NCBI GenBank assembly: GCA_023137615.1
Contig: JAGLOS010000002.1
Coordinates: 1-55,864 of the forward strand
Length of the DNA stretch: 55,864 nucleotides
Source of the DNA: Minisyncoccota bacterium
GTDB lineage: Bacteria; Patescibacteriota; Minisyncoccia; Phycocordibacterales; JAGLOS01
Direction: 5' to 3'
Shown: positions 51,333 through 55,864 of the stretch, one piece after another
Layout: each line of letters starts with the position of its first letter
Numbering within the stretch: the first letter of the stretch is position 1
Program-made: the position numbers and the translations under genes
Notes under the pieces: model-generated
The model's input: only the letters and a program-made list of their open reading frames with translations
What the model was told of the DNA's origin: nothing
Databases searched by the model: none

Positions 51333-51398
51333 GAAGCATCAAATTAAAAGTATCCCAATTTGCTTGCGCAAATTGGGATGGGGTTATAGAGTGTTTGT

Positions 51399-52469
51399 AT
51401 GAAAAAGAAAAAAGTGTTTGTGGGACTTTCCGGCGGTGTTGACTCATCGGTGTCGGCGGCACTTCTGAAAAAACAAGGATATGGTGTGACAGGGGTTTTC
51501 ATTAAAGTATGGCAACCGGATTTTCTAGAGTGTACATGGAAAACTGAGCGTCTTGACGCTATTCGGGTTGCCGCGCATTTGGACATTCCATTCATGACGC
51601 TTGATCTGGAAAAAGAATACAAGGAAAGTGTAGCGAATTACATGATAGAAGAATACAAGATGGGGAGAACACCAAACCCGGATGTAATGTGCAACAAGAC
51701 TATTAAGTTTGGCGCGTTTTTGAAAAAAGCATTGGAATTGGGAGCTGACTATGTGGCGACCGGACATTACGCGCGCAACACATTCAACAAAGAAGCCAAT
51801 TCATACGAACTTTACACCGGAATTGATACAAATAAAGACCAGTCATATTTTTTGTGGACACTAAATCAAGAGCAATTAAAACATATTATTTTCCCGATCG
51901 GGGAGTATGAAAAACCGCAAGTGCGAAAACTTGCCGAGAAATTTAATTTGATAACTGCGACCAAGAAAGACAGTCAAGGTTTGTGTTTTATGGGTAAACT
52001 TGATATGAAAGATTTTCTAAAGGAGTTCATTCCGGAAAACAGAGGAGATGTTTTGGACGAGGAAGGTAAGGTGATCGGCTATCATGATAACGCTATGTAT
52101 TACACGCTTGGTCAGCGTCGCGGTTTTATTATTACTCAAAAGACACCGGAAGATATTCCGTATTATATTGTTGCAAAAGATATGAAGAATAATACGATCA
52201 CAGTGTCGCATAAAAAAGGTGAGCATTTGCATAATGAGCAAAAAGAAGTTGAACTTGTTGATACAAATTGGATCTCGAATGCTCCGAAGGACGGTGAAGA
52301 GTTATCCGTCCGTATTCGTTATCGGCAAAAATTACATAAATGTGTTGTACGACACAAAGACGAGAAGATCTTACTGAAATTTGATGAACCGCAAACGGTG
52401 GATGCGGGACAGTCCGCTGTACTCTATGATAAAGAGCGATGCGTTGGTGGCGGAATCGTTGAAAGTTAA
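51399..52469 (+). CDS. mnmA: tRNA 2-thiouridine(34) synthase
   Basis: 356 aa: PP-loop VGLSGGVDSSVSA, NPDVMCN, ATGHYAR, KDQSYFL and catalytic KDSQGLCF. Confidence 0.95.
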   Translation: MKKKKVFVGLSGGVDSSVSAALLKKQGYGVTGVFIKVWQPDFLECTWKTERLDAIRVAAHLDIPFMTLDLEKEYKESVANYMIEEYKMGRTPNPDVMCNKTIKFGAFLKKALELGADYVATGHYARNTFNKEANSYELYTGIDTNKDQSYFLWTLNQEQLKHIIFPIGEYEKPQVRKLAEKFNLITATKKDSQGLCFMGKLDMKDFLKEFIPENRGDVLDEEGKVIGYHDNAMYYTLGQRRGFIITQKTPEDIPYYIVAKDMKNNTITVSHKKGEHLHNEQKEVELVDTNWISNAPKDGEELSVRIRYRQKLHKCVVRHKDEKILLKFDEPQTVDAGQSAVLYDKERCVGGGIVES

Positions 52470-52493
52470 AATTTTGTTATCGCGGACGTTTGT

Positions 52494-52584
52494 TTTTGTC
52501 ATCTCGACGCTTAGGAGAGATTTCCTATACTTAACCTTTGCAATTCGATGTTCAAGGGATCCCTCCTGTGTCGGGATGACAAAA
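52494..52584. repeat. Complete hairpin family B element (91 bp)
   Basis: Terminal inverted repeats TTTTGTCATCTCGAC (52494-52508) and GTCGGGATGACAAAA (52570-52584), 14/15 complementary. Confidence 0.75.
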
Positions 52585-52617
52585 CGGACAGTGAACAGTG
52601 AAATGAATAAAGAAAAC

Positions 52618-52645
52618 AAAAACAGCGGGGTCAGCCGCTGTTTTT
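52618..52645. terminator. Bidirectional terminator
   Basis: AAAAACAGCGG-GGTCAG-CCGCTGTTTTT. Confidence 0.8.
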
Positions 52646-52668
52646 CCCGTATACGTACAATTTGTAGA

Positions 52669-53340
52669 CTATTTCAACCCAATCCTATGTAAAAAAGAAA
52701 AAAAGAAATTTTTTTTACATTCATCCAAAACCATTTCTTTGGTTTTGAAATTTGATAAACTCAATCCCTCGGGTTCAATTATCCAAAATAGACGGATAAA
52801 TTCTTCCTTGTCTATACTATTCTGAGTGAGGGTTTTCTCTCTTAATTTTCTTAAGAGGTCTCCTTTTTGAAATCCACAGCTCCAATTTGATGAGTTGCTA
52901 ATACCAAAAGGAGGATGCAAAAATATATCCTTTATAATTTTATCATAATTATCCACAGAATAGCACTGAATAAATAGTGCATTTGTAAGTAGCGGGATTA
53001 GCCACAGTCGTTTTCTGTTTTCGACCCCTATTTCTTTCGCTCGTAATGCCGTGATGTTGTCGGGTCTGTTTTTCAAAATGAAATTTATCATTCTGAACCA
53101 TTTGCCCCATGATTTACCTTCATAACAGGAAGGCATCAAATTTATTAAATCTCGCATCTCTTGCCCCATTTGAATTTCTGCTGGTGTAAACGCAAACGCT
53201 AAAAGGCCCTTTTTTTCTTCTTCAGTAGGAGCATGTTCTATTAGAATTTGCAGAGTTCTTTCGAAAGCCATTTGCTGATCCCGGTTATTTTTGAAATTTT
53301 TTGATTTCCAAAATTGCATTGTACGAATAATATCATTCAT
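52669..53340 (-). CDS. Hypothetical protein (223 aa)
   Basis: Uninterrupted, AT-rich ORF with no recognised motif. It is divergent from the ATP-cone nuclease gene. Confidence 0.5.
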   Translation of the reverse strand: MNDIIRTMQFWKSKNFKNNRDQQMAFERTLQILIEHAPTEEEKKGLLAFAFTPAEIQMGQEMRDLINLMPSCYEGKSWGKWFRMINFILKNRPDNITALRAKEIGVENRKRLWLIPLLTNALFIQCYSVDNYDKIIKDIFLHPPFGISNSSNWSCGFQKGDLLRKLREKTLTQNSIDKEEFIRLFWIIEPEGLSLSNFKTKEMVLDECKKNFFFSFLHRIGLK

Positions 53341-53480
53341 ATTGTTATTTAATTATTAAAGACCCGTTTCCGGATCTTACTACTAATAAGAGTCCGGTTA
53401 GACTACATATATATCTAACATAAAATACATTTGTGTCAATAATTTCACACATTTAAAAAAATCGGTATAATGAATGAATT

Positions 53481-54356
53481 ATGGTAGTGAAAGCGAAACA
53501 GAAAAAAGGAGTTGAGATCATAAAAGGAGACGGACAACGAGAAGTTTTTTCAAAAAAGAAACTTCTTCGTTCACTGCGTCGTTCAGGTGCATCGCCTGCA
53601 GTGGCGGAGCGCGTTGCAAGCGAGGTAGAGAGTTCGTTGCACGATGGCATGCAAACACGCGATATTTATCGAAGAGCGTTTCAGTTGTTGCGGAAGAAAG
53701 ACACACTTTTGCCTGTTGCACATAAATATAATTTACGCAAAGCGATCATGGAATTGGGTCCGGACGGATTTGCGTTTGAGAAATTCGTCGGGGAGATATT
53801 CAAAGCTCTCGGATTTAAGGTCAGGGTAGGTGTGATGATAGATGGTTGGTGCATAGATCACGAAGTTGATGTTTCAGCAAAAAAGGACGGCGTACACAAT
53901 TTGATCGAATGTAAGTTTCATAACACGACAGGGTACAAAACAGATCTGAAAGTTGCTTTGTATGTACGAGAAAGATTTCAGGATATTGAAAAAAAGAATG
54001 AACACGATACTCCGGAAAAAACCCGTGAACATGAAGGGTGGCTGGTAACCAATACGAAACTTACAACGAAAGCGATCAGGTATAGCGAATGTGTTGGCAC
54101 TCATGTTATTGGATGGGGATATCCTAAAAAGGGTCAAGATAATCTCGAGGATCTGATCGAGAGATCGGGTATCTACCCGGTGACGATCCTTACTTCTCTT
54201 TCCAAGCAGCAAAAAAAGATTTTGATGCAGGATGGAGTCATTACGTGCCGACAAATATATAAAAACAGGCAACCACTTCTTGCTGCCGGGATAAATGAAA
54301 ATAAGATAGCTCTGATCATAAAAGAGATAGAAATACTCTGGCATCATCTCGGTTAA
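53481..54356 (+). CDS. ATP-cone domain fused to an Mrr-like PD-(D/E)xK restriction-endonuclease domain
   Basis: 291 aa. The N-terminus VEIIKGDGQREVFSKKKLLRSLRRSG...RDIYRRAFQLL is ATP-cone-like. GFAFEKFVGEIFKALGF...HEVDVSA...NLIECKFHN is an Mrr_cat-like core. Confidence 0.7.
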   Translation: MVVKAKQKKGVEIIKGDGQREVFSKKKLLRSLRRSGASPAVAERVASEVESSLHDGMQTRDIYRRAFQLLRKKDTLLPVAHKYNLRKAIMELGPDGFAFEKFVGEIFKALGFKVRVGVMIDGWCIDHEVDVSAKKDGVHNLIECKFHNTTGYKTDLKVALYVRERFQDIEKKNEHDTPEKTREHEGWLVTNTKLTTKAIRYSECVGTHVIGWGYPKKGQDNLEDLIERSGIYPVTILTSLSKQQKKILMQDGVITCRQIYKNRQPLLAAGINENKIALIIKEIEILWHHLG

Positions 54357-54450
54357 GAACTAAGCAGAGATTGTAAAATAATATATGGATATATACATCT
54401 GTGTATTAGTTCTGTTTTGTTGAGCTTTAGCTTGTGGTATTATCAGAGGA

Positions 54451-55864
54451 ATGAAGAAGTGTTTTTCCCGATTTTCTTTCTTGTCGCGTACATTGCTTAT
54501 TGCTTTTTTTCTTGGTTTGGTTGCGGTGAGCCCTGTCTTTGGTTCTGAAATAAGCTTCACGGGAGAAAGTGCGGATCCAATAGAGCAAGAGCTTTATACA
54601 CAAGACGAGCTTGTGGATATTATGAGTCCATCTGTGGTGCGTATATTGCAACATATTAAAGGCACCGCACAAAGACCGTATTTTATCATTGATGAAGCAT
54701 CTCATACTATTGCGATCGACACCTCAAAAGATGCCGAAATTGTTGATATCAACAGGATTATCCTTGGTACCGGCTTTTTTGTAACACCTGACGGATATAT
54801 TGTTACTAATGCGCACTATGTCTCTGATTCGATGATCAAACTTGCCTTTGTAGACGAGTATATAAAAACTTCTCTCAAAAGTGATGTTATTGATAGGGTC
54901 TTCAATGAAAAAATGGTTAGCTTTATGATGGAAAAGATAACATTTGATCTTACAAAAGATATTGTTGTGATCGATCCAAATAATGAGGATTCTTTTTCTG
55001 AAGATGAATTGTTTAACATATATGATATCGGTTTTGCTGCGAGCGTGGCATATGCCAATGACAATTTTTATTCAGGAGAGGAAAATATTGCTCTCATAAA
55101 GATCGCAGGAAGCGATTATCCGGCAATGGCATTCTCTGAGGAGGAGTTTGATGTAGGTGATGTGGCGTATATGTTCAACTCAGCTTCGTTGGAGACAGGT
55201 CATGTGAGTGATTCGGATGTGTATAATGTTGTGTTACACGATGCTGTTGTGGTAAAAAAGACATCGTTTGCATTGTCTACAGAGATATTGTATCAGACAG
55301 ACCTTACAGTATCTGACCAGACGGGCGGTAGTATTGTCTTCAATGACAATGGAGAGGTGTTTGGAATGACCTCCTATAGTGGGTATGAAAACGTCGCAAG
55401 CAATAAAGATATCCCGATAGATATTTCATCAATTGCCATGATAACCTCTGTTTTGGATAAAGTTGATGTGACACATTCGGTCAGTGTTTTTGACACATTG
55501 GCAAAAAAGGGTGTAACTGCGGTAAAAAATAATAATTGCAGAGAAGCTCGGACAAATTTTGCCGTGGCTTTTGCCGCAGACAATCCCTTTATACACACTG
55601 TTTCTTTCAATGAATACATAGCAAATTGTGCTGAAGAAGTTGTGTCGGATCAACAACAAGACGGAGCTTTCTCAGAGATTCTGTCTTCATTGCAACAACG
55701 TATTTCCGCAATGACAATATCAGACTGGGTTGTTCTTGCTGCGTTGATCTTACTGACCATAGTTCTTGTTGTTATTGGTAATGTTCTTATTCGAAAAACG
55801 CGTAGAAAAAACGGTGATGTTCTAAAGACAAACAAAAAACCGGAACGTAGTGAGGCAATGCGTA
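54451..55864 (+). CDS. Trypsin-like peptidase-domain protein with a C-terminal TM anchor (3' end runs off the window)
   Basis: It is not in the ORF track because it is open-ended. I read frame 1 from the ATG at 54451 through 55863 and saw no stop. It has a signal peptide, GTGFFVTPDGYIVTNAHYV, NIALIKI, TGGSIVFNDNGEVFGM and a late TM helix (WVVLAALILLTIVLVVIG). Confidence 0.7.
   Translation, partial: MKKCFSRFSFLSRTLLIAFFLGLVAVSPVFGSEISFTGESADPIEQELYTQDELVDIMSPSVVRILQHIKGTAQRPYFIIDEASHTIAIDTSKDAEIVDINRIILGTGFFVTPDGYIVTNAHYVSDSMIKLAFVDEYIKTSLKSDVIDRVFNEKMVSFMMEKITFDLTKDIVVIDPNNEDSFSEDELFNIYDIGFAASVAYANDNFYSGEENIALIKIAGSDYPAMAFSEEEFDVGDVAYMFNSASLETGHVSDSDVYNVVLHDAVVVKKTSFALSTEILYQTDLTVSDQTGGSIVFNDNGEVFGMTSYSGYENVASNKDIPIDISSIAMITSVLDKVDVTHSVSVFDTLAKKGVTAVKNNNCREARTNFAVAFAADNPFIHTVSFNEYIANCAEEVVSDQQQDGAFSEILSSLQQRISAMTISDWVVLAALILLTIVLVVIGNVLIRKTRRKNGDVLKTNKKPERSEAMR

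Overview
This is a bacterial chromosomal segment. By inference from gene content it is a CPR/Patescibacteria (Parcubacteria-like) genome: short IF-2, divergent Fe/Mn-SOD, many small T4SS-type pilin paralogs, peptidoglycan genes but little metabolism, and tRNA genes without encoded CCA.

Housekeeping genes I recognise:
- Translation and tRNA modification: rbfA, infB, rpmG, typA, ychF, miaA, mnmA.
- Cell wall and membrane: ddl, murC, mltG, dgkA, sppA, creD.
- Stress and other: clpB, a csp gene, a cysteine desulfurase, endonuclease Q, a Pif1/RecD-like helicase.

There are eight tRNA genes and one pseudo-tRNA.

Three things stand out:
1. A locus at 794-7170 holds seven tandem paralogs of small TrbC/VirB2-like pilin proteins plus membrane proteins.
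2. A repeat system is built around the tRNA genes. Six of the eight tRNAs are followed by a hairpin and then an inverted copy of their own 3' end. Beyond that lie structured repeat modules whose stems are kept by compensatory changes, a 117-bp tandem array, and mini-palindrome insertions.
3. Several dispersed non-coding families occur: two hairpin families and 7-nt periodic CTAAAAC-type arrays.

Smaller candidates:
- a vWA plus J-domain/peptidoglycan-binding gene pair
- an AT-rich islet with TGACCC boundary motifs
- a 33-codon hydrophobic peptide gene with its own promoter, SD and terminator
- a leaderless HEPN-like gene
- an ATP-cone-nuclease fusion

No rRNA, CRISPR array, recognisable transposase/integrase or known defence operon was seen. 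All homology calls come from reading the motifs in the supplied translations; no database search was run.
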